Source: Alphaproteobacteria bacterium (lineage in GTDB: Bacteria > Pseudomonadota > Alphaproteobacteria > JABAAW01). From it: a DNA stretch of 64,000 bases. The stretch is from contig JABAAW010000002.1 of NCBI GenBank assembly GCA_014238535.1, positions 6,659 to 70,658 on the forward strand, read 5' to 3'. A program made the translations under genes and the position numbers. Below, in pieces: positions 9,299 through 17,260 of this stretch. Under the pieces are notes generated by a model. That model worked only from the letters and a program-made list of their open reading frames with translations, searched no databases and was not told the origin of the DNA. Every line of letters begins with the position of its first letter. Position 1 is the first letter of the stretch.

Positions 9299-9424
9299 CT
9301 ATCCTTGCCGTGCCTTAAAGCGTGGGTTACGCTTGTTAATAACATAAAGGCGACCACGACGTCTCACCACCTGGCAATGCCGATCACGGTTCTTGAGTGT
9401 CTTCAATGAGGAACTAACTTTCAT
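9299..9424 (-). CDS. rpmJ: 50S ribosomal protein L36 (alphaproteobacterial long type)
   Basis: Too short for the ORF track. The minus-strand translation is [41 protein letters not shown] (41 aa), which matches the L36 type ending in NPRFKARQG. Confidence 0.9.
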   Translation of the reverse strand: MKVSSSLKTLKNRDRHCQVVRRRGRLYVINKRNPRFKARQG

Positions 9425-9507
9425 AATCAGTGTTCTAATGGCTTTTCATTATTATGTCAAGCGCACTAAACACGAGAAAAGCCTAAACAGGCAAGTACAT
9501 CATAGCT

Positions 9508-9522
9508 TGGTACTATTCTTGC
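9508..9522 (+). promoter_or_regulatory. candidate sigma-54 (-24/-12) promoter TGGTAC-N5-TTGC upstream of flgL
   Basis: tggtactattcttgc matches TGGCAC-N5-TTGC with one mismatch and exact GG-to-GC spacing. It lies 92 nt upstream of the flgL ATG. Confidence 0.4.
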
Positions 9523-9613
9523 TTATAATACATACGGCAGTAAGGGAGTTTTGAAGAATTCTCCGAAAAAAAAACGCAAGGATAAGTAACTCAAGAGAAG
9601 TAATTAAAGTAAC

Positions 9614-10711
9614 ATGGCATACATTAGCAGTCGCGTGAGCCACTACGCAACAAACCTAGAAAATTTGCGTAATCTCGCAGAAAAAAGCGCCCAATATCGA
9701 CGCACTAGCGACCGTTTGGCAAACGGAAAAAAATTCCAAGAACTCTCAGCATATCGAACAGACTTGCCAGATGTGCTAACATTCCAGCGCACCATCGAAC
9801 GCGCAAAAAAAGATGGCTATAGGATAAACAAAGTCCTAGCTATTACAAACTCATACGAAATCGCCCTTAGACCAGCCGCAGTCGGAACTAGCGGAACTAA
9901 CAGAGTCGAAGGCTTGCAGGGGCATATCGAGCCATTCTTGCAAATAATCGAGGACGGGCTACAACCGCAACTCAATGTACAGAGCTGGCGCGACAACAAC
10001 GGGCAGAGCGATTTCGACAATAGGCTACGAGCCATACAAACTCTGCTGAACACTAAAGTAGGCGAAAGATACATCTTCGCTGGCAATAGATACACCGCAG
10101 GACCTCCCGTGCGCGATATAACAAGTCTAGTCGATATAGCTCTGCCTTCAGACGCTAGCGCATATACCGATGACCGCGCGAGAAACATTCCTAGTGCTGC
10201 CAGCAATAGAGTCGCAGATCACGACGTAAACGCCGCAGACGCTCCAACAGGCGCAAATGGCGAAATCGCATACGGCGCACGCGCAAATAGTATTATTCAT
10301 ATCGAAGAAAGGCAGAGCATAGAATATGGAAGCTCTAGTAGTAGTGAGCCTATAAACCAACTACTCCTCGCTGTTCGTCTGGTGAAAAGAGCTCTCGAAA
10401 TCGCTCCAAGCGACCCCGATGCTGAAACAAATCGTATAACCCTACTCAACGACGCAGAAATACTATTCGATGACGCTCGAGACGGATTGCGGACTCTAAG
10501 GCAAAGAGCCGCCGCCGCAACCGCCACTCTTCAAGTCGCTCAAGCTAGGCAGAGGGAAATCGAAATAACTACACAAACTCTAGCAGACAGAATAACCTCC
10601 GTAGACACAACTCAAGCAGGTGTCGAACTCTCCGCCCTCGCACAACAATTCGCCGCAACTCTACAGGTAATCGAAACCAGAAATAGTTTAAGTCTCGTCA
10701 ATATATTGTAA
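9614..10711 (+). CDS. flgL: flagellar hook-associated protein 3 / flagellin-family protein
   Basis: 365 aa. The N- and C-termini look like flagellin-family helical regions (C-terminal ...LQVIETRNSLSLVNIL). The central GERYIFAGNRY motif is typical of FlgL. flaF follows it. Confidence 0.7.
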   Translation: MAYISSRVSHYATNLENLRNLAEKSAQYRRTSDRLANGKKFQELSAYRTDLPDVLTFQRTIERAKKDGYRINKVLAITNSYEIALRPAAVGTSGTNRVEGLQGHIEPFLQIIEDGLQPQLNVQSWRDNNGQSDFDNRLRAIQTLLNTKVGERYIFAGNRYTAGPPVRDITSLVDIALPSDASAYTDDRARNIPSAASNRVADHDVNAADAPTGANGEIAYGARANSIIHIEERQSIEYGSSSSSEPINQLLLAVRLVKRALEIAPSDPDAETNRITLLNDAEILFDDARDGLRTLRQRAAAATATLQVAQARQREIEITTQTLADRITSVDTTQAGVELSALAQQFAATLQVIETRNSLSLVNIL

Positions 10712-10763
10712 TATGTGCTAGAATAAGCACATCCACGCTGGCAAAAAATATAAAATACACAAC

Positions 10764-11297
10764 ATGAACCTAAATCCTTACGAAGAAACCGAACGGCTCG
10801 CTGTAAGCAACGCAGGTGGGCGGGAGGTAGAAGCATGGGCTTTGTTCGAACTCGCTAAAAGACTCGAAAGAGTGCGCAAAGAAAGCTCAGACGATATAAA
10901 AACAATGCTCGATATCGTCCGCCTAAACTGGCGTGCATGGACCGTAATACAATCATCCTTGCTATCAGAAGAAACCGAAATCGAACCAGAACTAAGAGGT
11001 GATCTGCTAACTCTATGCCACTTCATCGATAAGCATAGCACCAAATTCTCAACCGAACCAACAGTCGATAAACTACAGATACTAATCGACATAAATATGC
11101 ACCTAGCGCAAGGGTTGCGCGGTAATCGAATCTCCGAAAAACAGCAACAAGAGATCATCAACAAAACAGCCGAAGAACAAGCAGAAGTATCATCCGAAAA
11201 CAAAAAAAATACGCTTAAAACCCTAGAAAAAAATATGTACAAAAGTAAAGGCACACAACACGACAAAAATGTCGAAGCGCAGCAGGACGCTACATAA
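10764..11297 (+). CDS. flaF: flagellar biosynthesis regulator FlaF with a C-terminal Lys/Glu-rich extension
   Basis: The first ~120 aa follow the FlaF pattern: PYEETERL...GREVEAWALFE...LNWRAWTVIQ...LRGDLLTLCHFIDKH...LIDINMHLAQGL. Confidence 0.75.
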   Translation: MNLNPYEETERLAVSNAGGREVEAWALFELAKRLERVRKESSDDIKTMLDIVRLNWRAWTVIQSSLLSEETEIEPELRGDLLTLCHFIDKHSTKFSTEPTVDKLQILIDINMHLAQGLRGNRISEKQQQEIINKTAEEQAEVSSENKKNTLKTLEKNMYKSKGTQHDKNVEAQQDAT

Positions 11298-11445
11298 AAA
11301 CAGAACTCGCCAAAAAAATGCAAGCCGTAGTAGATGATATAGCAAACTATAGCGTCTTCTATATCACTGAAAAACTTGCTATAAACCCTTCCCATACATT
11401 GTCGATTAACTCTACGAGCCCGTTTGGTTGCCAAAAATAACCACT

Positions 11446-11519
11446 CGGAGTGTAGCTCAGTCCGGTAGAGCACTGCCTTCGGGAGGCAGGGGCCGCAGGT
11501 TCAAATCCTGCCACTCCGA
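11446..11519 (+). tRNA. tRNA-Pro (anticodon CGG)
   Basis: Cloverleaf with acceptor CGGAGTG/CACTCCG, anticodon stem CTGCC/GGCAG, loop TTCGGGA, and T arm GCAGG-TTCAAAT-CCTGC. Confidence 0.9.
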
Positions 11520-11537
11520 TGCTAAAAGTACCGCATA

Positions 11538-11647
11538 GTGAAGGAAAAGGGCGTTCTTCTTTTGTTGTTTTTGAGATAGTGAAAGAAAATGGTGTTTTTC
11601 TTTTGTTATTTTTGCGATAGTGAAAGAAAAAGGGACTTTTCTTTCAC
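11538..11647 (+). repeat. 41-bp tandem direct repeat, about 2.7 copies (11538-11578, 11579-11619, partial 11620-11647)
   Basis: Hand alignment. Copies A and B are identical at about 35 of 41 positions. Copy C shares the first ~25 nt. Confidence 0.8.
11620..11647. promoter_or_regulatory. perfect palindrome gtgaaagaaaa-N6-ttttctttcac, 7 nt upstream of the fic ATG (operator-like)
   Basis: The 11-bp arms are exact reverse complements. The palindrome is formed by the third copy of the 41-bp repeat. Confidence 0.5.
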
Positions 11648-11654
11648 TACTTTC

Positions 11655-12833
11655 ATGTCCATCCCGCCTGCCATAGAGCCCTCGGTTACGCGAGAGGGTA
11701 AATACGACCTTATAAGTTCCGTCGGTAAGGAGAAAGTACGTTCTTTTGTGCCTCCTCGCTTTCCGCCACGAAAAGAACCTATTCGTCTAGGTGAGCTCGC
11801 ACACGAGCTAGAGCGAGCTAGTCTCGCGCTAGGGAGTTTGGAAGCTGCAGCTAAAATTGTGCCAGATAAAAATTGGTGGCATATAATATACGCGGTGAAG
11901 GAAGCTTTGATTTCTTCGCATATCGAAGGAACACAGTTCTCTATGAACGAAGTCTTGCAAGAAGAGCCTGCGCAAAAATTAAAAAAAAATAAAACATTTA
12001 GTCGTGATTTAACAGAAATTCATAACTCCATAACTGCTATGGAATACGGCAGAGTGCAACTACAGAGATTGCCTATCTCGGGGCGTTTGCTATGTGATAT
12101 CCATGCAAAACTGCTAATTTCTTCTGAAAAAGGGGCTTTTCGTAGCTCGCAGAATTGGATCGGTGGCTCTCGTCCAGGTAATGCGCTATATGTGCCGCCC
12201 ACACATACACGAATTCCAGACTTGATTGCCGAGCTAGAGCAATTCATCCACAAGGACGACAACTTACCGCACTTGGTCAAGGCTGGCTTGTTGCACGCGC
12301 AGTTTGAAACAATTCACCCATTTACAGATGGTAATGGGCGCATAGGGCGCATGCTGATAATGCTATACCTATATCATGCAGGGCTACTGAAAGAGGCTAT
12401 CTTCTACCCTAGCCTATATTTTAAAAAGCAACGAGCGCAGTATTATGATCACTTGCAAAAAATACGCGAACAAGGCGCTTGGGAAACTTGGCTGAAATTC
12501 TTCCTGCAAGGTATCGCCGAAACCGCAGGAGAAGCTTGTGATACCTTAGGGAAGGTCTTTCAATTGTTCAAAGAAAATGATGAAAAAATCGCCAAGGAAG
12601 CAAGCACGCAGACGCTCGGTAAAATTCATAATCTTTTGAAAAGAAATCCCTTCTTCTTGTCTCGAGCAGAGCTTTCCTCTCTAAAAATTAGCGCGCCGAC
12701 AGCTAAAAAAGCGATGGATAAATTGGAAAAACTAGGAGTCGTCACAAAAAATAAAGCCGGACGCTCCGTCTTCTACACCTACCACGCATACTGTAAACTT
12801 ATGGAAAAAGATACTGAACCTTTACCACTATAA
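11655..12833 (+). CDS. Fic-family protein (AMP-transferase type) with an N-terminal inhibitory motif and a C-terminal wHTH-like region
   Basis: HPFTDGNGRIGRML matches HxFx[DE]GNGRxxR, and SSHIEG matches [ST]xxxE[GN]. The ORF-track start at 11589 lies inside the tandem repeat, so the ATG at 11655 is preferred. Confidence 0.85.
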   Translation: MSIPPAIEPSVTREGKYDLISSVGKEKVRSFVPPRFPPRKEPIRLGELAHELERASLALGSLEAAAKIVPDKNWWHIIYAVKEALISSHIEGTQFSMNEVLQEEPAQKLKKNKTFSRDLTEIHNSITAMEYGRVQLQRLPISGRLLCDIHAKLLISSEKGAFRSSQNWIGGSRPGNALYVPPTHTRIPDLIAELEQFIHKDDNLPHLVKAGLLHAQFETIHPFTDGNGRIGRMLIMLYLYHAGLLKEAIFYPSLYFKKQRAQYYDHLQKIREQGAWETWLKFFLQGIAETAGEACDTLGKVFQLFKENDEKIAKEASTQTLGKIHNLLKRNPFFLSRAELSSLKISAPTAKKAMDKLEKLGVVTKNKAGRSVFYTYHAYCKLMEKDTEPLPL

Positions 12834-12844
12834 GCTATTCAGCA

Positions 12845-14146
12845 TTACTCGACTTCCAGCGCAAGTGCAAGTGCCTCGCCGCCACCGATGCATATCGCTG
12901 CCATGCCTCGCTTCAAGCCTCGATGGTGCAAGGCGTGCAGCAAGGTTACTATAATACGCGCTCCAGAAGCTCCAATCGGGTGACCAAGCGCACAAGCACC
13001 ACCGTTTATATTAACCTTCTCTAAAGGAAGAGCCAGCGCACGCATCGTAGCAAGCGTGACTACCGCAAAAGCCTCGTTTATCTCAAATAGATCAACCTCA
13101 TCTAGAGACCAGCCACTTCTAGTGCTTAGCTTGCGCAACGCATCTATCGGCGCAAGCGTGAAGCGTGACGCCTCGCGTGCATGCGACGAACTACTAACTA
13201 TGCGCCCTAGAACTCGCCAACCACTACGCTCCGCAAAAGAACGACTAGTAAGAATCAATGCCGACGCTCCATCCGAAATCGACGACGAGTTCGCAGAAGT
13301 GACTCGCCCATCCGCAACAAACGCTCCTTTCATCTTCCTTATCTTATCAACTCGCCCCTTGAACGGTTGCTCGTCCTCTGCAAACATAGTGCTAGTTCCA
13401 TCGCGTGCGCGGATAGAAACAGCCGACAACTCGGCGGCAAAACTGCCATCTCTGTTCGCTCGTTGCGCTTCTTCTAGAGAACGAATCGAAAAATCGTCCA
13501 TATCCTTACGCGAAATATCCGATGCTAATGCCGTCTCCTCAGCAAAAACCCCCATACTTTTGCCAATCGCCTTATCTGCACTCTTGTCAGTACTCTTATC
13601 TTGCACCTTGTCTGCGCTATCATTAATACCTACAATATGCTCACACGAATCCTCAAGACCATCCAGTAGCATATGGTCGATAAGCCTGCCATGCCCCATG
13701 CGAAAGCCCCTGCGCGCATTCATAATAAGGTAGGGGGCGTTACTCATACTCTCCATGCCGCCCGCAATCATCGCTCCCCCATCCCCGCAGCGCAAAGTAT
13801 CTCTAGAGGCAATAACCGCCTGCATGCCAGAACCACACATCTTGTTAATCGTCGTCGCTCCAACACTGCTCGGCAGACCCGCACCTAATACTGCTTGACG
13901 AGCCGGCGCTTGACCCTGTCCCGCACTCAATACGCAACCCATGAACGCTTCGGTAAACTCCGCCGTTGCAGGCAAATTTTGTCTGCTAGCTCTATCGCGT
14001 AAGCCAATATCATTCAAGCAAGCAGCGATAGCATTCGCGCCAAGAAACGGCGCCGCAACAGATGACAGCATACCTTGGAAACTGCCAATCGCCGTGCGCC
14101 GCGCCGCAACAATAACTATATCATCTTCACTAATCTCCGAGTTCAT
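12845..14146 (-). CDS. acetyl-CoA C-acetyltransferase (thiolase II)
   Basis: 433 aa. It has INKMCGSGMQAV (the active Cys), NEAFA, GGACALGHPIGASGAR and CIGGGEALA. It also has an Asp/Lys-rich insertion (DKVQDKSTDKSADKAIGKS). Confidence 0.9.
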   Translation of the reverse strand: MNSEISEDDIVIVAARRTAIGSFQGMLSSVAAPFLGANAIAACLNDIGLRDRASRQNLPATAEFTEAFMGCVLSAGQGQAPARQAVLGAGLPSSVGATTINKMCGSGMQAVIASRDTLRCGDGGAMIAGGMESMSNAPYLIMNARRGFRMGHGRLIDHMLLDGLEDSCEHIVGINDSADKVQDKSTDKSADKAIGKSMGVFAEETALASDISRKDMDDFSIRSLEEAQRANRDGSFAAELSAVSIRARDGTSTMFAEDEQPFKGRVDKIRKMKGAFVADGRVTSANSSSISDGASALILTSRSFAERSGWRVLGRIVSSSSHAREASRFTLAPIDALRKLSTRSGWSLDEVDLFEINEAFAVVTLATMRALALPLEKVNINGGACALGHPIGASGARIIVTLLHALHHRGLKRGMAAICIGGGEALALALEVE

Positions 14147-14222
14147 ATAGCTCCTCGTATAACCGCCATCGTTTGCAATACATTCCTCCTCCCTATCGCC
14201 TTTCGACTATAGTCTATTCGCA

Positions 14223-14777
14223 CTAAATTTTCACCGCCGCGTGCATCTGAATACCAAGCTCCTGTTGTAAAACTTTAACCGAACAGTCACGCCGAGGGTC
14301 ACAAAAACTATCCGCTATCTCAGCAAGTGGGTTTAGTACAAACGCTCGCTCGTATAGACGCGGGTGCGGAATACATAAACCTCGTTGTGCGATAATATGA
14401 GCCTCGTAGTAAATTATATCCAAATCAATAATACGCGCCGCAAAACGCTCAGGCGAATGATTACGTCCAAGCGCACGCTCTATGTCTTGTAGGGTCGAAA
14501 GTAATGATAGCGGTTCCAAGATAGTCGCGCAGCAACAAACCATGTTCAAAAAATACGGTTGATTCTTGTCATACATAGCACTACTACGATACATAGATGA
14601 ACTTGACTTTATAACAATATCTCCGCTTACTCCATCGCCCTTCGCAAGCAGGGCGCAGGCTTGGTTTAAATTCTTAACCCTGTCGCCAATATTGCTACCT
14701 AAAGATATAAAAACCGGTGCGTGCCAAGAAGCCGAGCCTTCAAGAAAAGCAGAATCTATCCTTCCTTCTTCCTTCAT
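14223..14777 (-). CDS. folK: 2-amino-4-hydroxy-6-hydroxymethyldihydropteridine diphosphokinase
   Basis: Matches the HPPK pattern: FISLGSNIGDR, ...Q..FLN, IERALGR, RIIDLDII and IPHPRLYERAFVLNPLAEI. Confidence 0.85.
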   Translation of the reverse strand: MKEEGRIDSAFLEGSASWHAPVFISLGSNIGDRVKNLNQACALLAKGDGVSGDIVIKSSSSMYRSSAMYDKNQPYFLNMVCCCATILEPLSLLSTLQDIERALGRNHSPERFAARIIDLDIIYYEAHIIAQRGLCIPHPRLYERAFVLNPLAEIADSFCDPRRDCSVKVLQQELGIQMHAAVKI

Positions 14778-14818
14778 ATTATCACTTCTAACCTGATAAA
14801 TTCTATCACCTACAGCGA

Positions 14819-14890
14819 TGCCGAAGGGGAGATTTGAACTCCCGACCTACTAATTACGAATCAGTTGCTCTACCTCTGAGCTACTTCGGC
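14819..14890 (-). tRNA. tRNA-Thr (anticodon CGT)
   Basis: Minus-strand cloverleaf with acceptor GCCGAAG/CTTCGGC, anticodon stem ACTGA/TTAGT, loop TTCGTAA, and T arm GGGAG-TTCAAAT-CTCCC. Confidence 0.88.
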
Positions 14891-15096
14891 AGAAATAGCA
14901 CTCGCAAATGCTATAATAAACTTCAATAATACTAGCTTACTAAACTAGAAAAAAGACTTTCGCAAAGCAAGAATCGCAACCCATACTTCTTTTTACAACC
15001 CTAATGCCCTATGTTTAAATACGACAAATATGGGGAAAATACAAACCTCGAAACCTAAAGAATAAAAACTCACAAGCCGCTAAAAGTACAGATGCT

Positions 15097-16209
15097 ATGA
15101 AAATTATTAACATACACATTCTATCTATGCTTACACGAATCTTCTTCGTAGCACTGATGAGCATACTTTCAATCTACTTCTCTTTGTTGGTACTACGCTA
15201 CGGAAACTTAATCTCTGAAAACAACCAAGGGCTATCTTCAATCTTGTGGGCTTGCATCGTGGGAATGCCAATGCATGTAAGCTTCTTCATTCCTATCGCA
15301 ACAGCAATCGCTACATTCTTTACCATAAGCATACTACAGCAACAAAACTCTTTGCTGGGAGCATTCGCTCTAGGATACAGAAGACGTAGCTTGGTAATGC
15401 AGTGCGTAGCATTCGGCTTAATAGCAACAGCAATAACAGCAACATTCACACTCTTCATCGGACCACCCGCGGCTCGCGCATATTATACAAGGCTAAGTAT
15501 GCTACACGCAGATCGTCTGTTCATATATACCGAACCTAAAAAATTTATAAAACTAACTGACAAAAGCACAATATGGATGGAGGAAAAGCCTAGCGAAGCA
15601 ACTATGCTAAACATCGTATTCGATATGAAAGATAAAAAACAGGAAGTTCTAATCGTCGCACAAAAAGGGCGGGTGCTACGCACAGAAAAAGGCATGATGA
15701 TCGAAGTATCTAATGGAACTATATGGCGCAGGCAAGGACAAAAAAGGCAGATACTGGAATTCGAAAAAATGCTCTACGGGGTGAACTCATTACTAACTTC
15801 CACTCATGGCTGGGTGCGAAGAATACAAAAATTTTGGACAAGATCCGAAATACCAACTCGCACACTACTTGCAAGAATCAAAAAAGCAAAAAGCATAAAG
15901 CATTCGCAAAAAGAAAAAATATCAGCTCATCACGCTCGCAGAGAACTGACACTACGATTGGCATTTCCCCTATTGCCAACTGTCTTCGTCGCATTGATTT
16001 GTGCTATATGTCTAACACCTTCTATACGAAAAGCACCGAAGTGGCGCGCAGTAATAGTGTTCGCCATTCTGCTAATATACGCATGCATTCATGTCGCAGC
16101 CGTCATACTATCCAGTAAAGGCGGATTATCAACTACTATCGTATTCTTACTAAGCGCACTAGTCTTTACAGTAGCGTTGCTAGCAATACCAAAGCAAAAG
16201 GGTAAATAA
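15097..16209 (+). CDS. lptF: LPS export ABC permease LptF (YjgP/YjgQ family)
   Basis: 370 aa with 6 TM helices flanking a large periplasmic loop. It is the first of a tandem pair directly upstream of lptD. Confidence 0.75.
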   Translation: MKIINIHILSMLTRIFFVALMSILSIYFSLLVLRYGNLISENNQGLSSILWACIVGMPMHVSFFIPIATAIATFFTISILQQQNSLLGAFALGYRRRSLVMQCVAFGLIATAITATFTLFIGPPAARAYYTRLSMLHADRLFIYTEPKKFIKLTDKSTIWMEEKPSEATMLNIVFDMKDKKQEVLIVAQKGRVLRTEKGMMIEVSNGTIWRRQGQKRQILEFEKMLYGVNSLLTSTHGWVRRIQKFWTRSEIPTRTLLARIKKAKSIKHSQKEKISAHHARRELTLRLAFPLLPTVFVALICAICLTPSIRKAPKWRAVIVFAILLIYACIHVAAVILSSKGGLSTTIVFLLSALVFTVALLAIPKQKGK

Positions 16210-17252
16210 TGCCTTCGCGATTGGCAATATATCTCTTTAAACACATGCTAAGCCGCATGCTCGCTTGTTGGGTAATTCTAACCGCTATCGTATTCATTAT
16301 CGGCGTAGTCGAAATACTTATGGCTTCTAACGCCGGTAGCGGAATATCCGCAATCGCAGACGCCTTCATTCGTAGAACTGAAGATTTAAACGAATACATA
16401 GCCGAAACTATGCCATTCGCAGGATATGTAGGTCTGCTTATTAGCTTCTGGAAACTAGCTCAGTCTAGAGAACTAGAACAGCTAAGACTCATGGGAGCTA
16501 GGCATAAACTAATACACGCAATCATAAGCGTAGGTCTGATCTTCGGATTATTGGAAGTAATGCTCGTCAATCCATTGGCAAGCGAAACTAGCATAATAAG
16601 TGAAGACATACGACTAGTGCGAAAGCAAGACAACGGAAAACAAATCATACTATACGCAAAAAAATATAATACAGAAAATGGAAACATTACCAAAGGCGTA
16701 CGTGTCTTACATACCGATAGTTCCTTTCAGGTGCTAGCAGTATACCATGCCGAAAAAGGCACAATTAGCGAAAAAGCATGGACTATCAGAAATGGCTACG
16801 TGCAAACTATTCACGGAAATACAAAAGCGTTCACAGAAAAATCATTCTCAATAAAAACTGATGTCGTAGCGCTAACATACGCTCTACAAACTCGAACACG
16901 CGATCTATCCGTATATGAACTGCCAGCCGCATACTTCGCTGCAAGAGATAATGCTAGATCAGTGCGTCCTTTCTCCAACCTCGCTCTATTCTTCATACAC
17001 TTGCCATTAGTCTATATTGCTTTCGGAGGAATCGCATTCGCAATCGCAATATACCTACCACCGCGCGGAACAAACGCACAACTCATAGCACTTGTCATAT
17101 TCTTGCCTTGTTCAATAAAATTAGCGCAGTATATTCTATGGATACAAGTAGAAGCACAAACAATGCCCGCTATTCTACCAGCTCTCGCAATTCCAACCTC
17201 TCTAGGATGCGCCGCAGCCTTCTTCGTTCGTACGCAAAGATTGTTTACATAA
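16209..17252 (+). CDS. lptG: LPS export ABC permease LptG (YjgP/YjgQ family)
   Basis: 347 aa with the same architecture as lptF. Its start overlaps the lptF stop (TAATG). Confidence 0.75.
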   Translation: MPSRLAIYLFKHMLSRMLACWVILTAIVFIIGVVEILMASNAGSGISAIADAFIRRTEDLNEYIAETMPFAGYVGLLISFWKLAQSRELEQLRLMGARHKLIHAIISVGLIFGLLEVMLVNPLASETSIISEDIRLVRKQDNGKQIILYAKKYNTENGNITKGVRVLHTDSSFQVLAVYHAEKGTISEKAWTIRNGYVQTIHGNTKAFTEKSFSIKTDVVALTYALQTRTRDLSVYELPAAYFAARDNARSVRPFSNLALFFIHLPLVYIAFGGIAFAIAIYLPPRGTNAQLIALVIFLPCSIKLAQYILWIQVEAQTMPAILPALAIPTSLGCAAAFFVRTQRLFT

Positions 17253-17260
17253 GATAAAAT

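Noticed and set aside
11318-11440. 40-codon ORF between flaF and tRNA-Pro, considered as a possible FlbT remnant
   Set aside because: It bears no resemblance to the FlbT N-terminus, has no RBS and is too short. I treat it as noncoding.
10778-11473. 231-aa minus-strand ORF
   Set aside because: It is antisense to the well-supported flaF and runs into tRNA-Pro. It has no recognisable motifs and a Cys/Ser-rich shadow composition.
13056-13733. Long antisense ORFs inside conserved genes: this one in thiolase, plus 46299-46871 in guaB, 56279-56953 in proS, 59617-60201 in polA and 25406-25963 in htrA
   Set aside because: Each is opposite a gene with unambiguous family motifs. Open antisense frames of this length are expected at this base composition. 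I saw no independent RBS or motif evidence for any of them.
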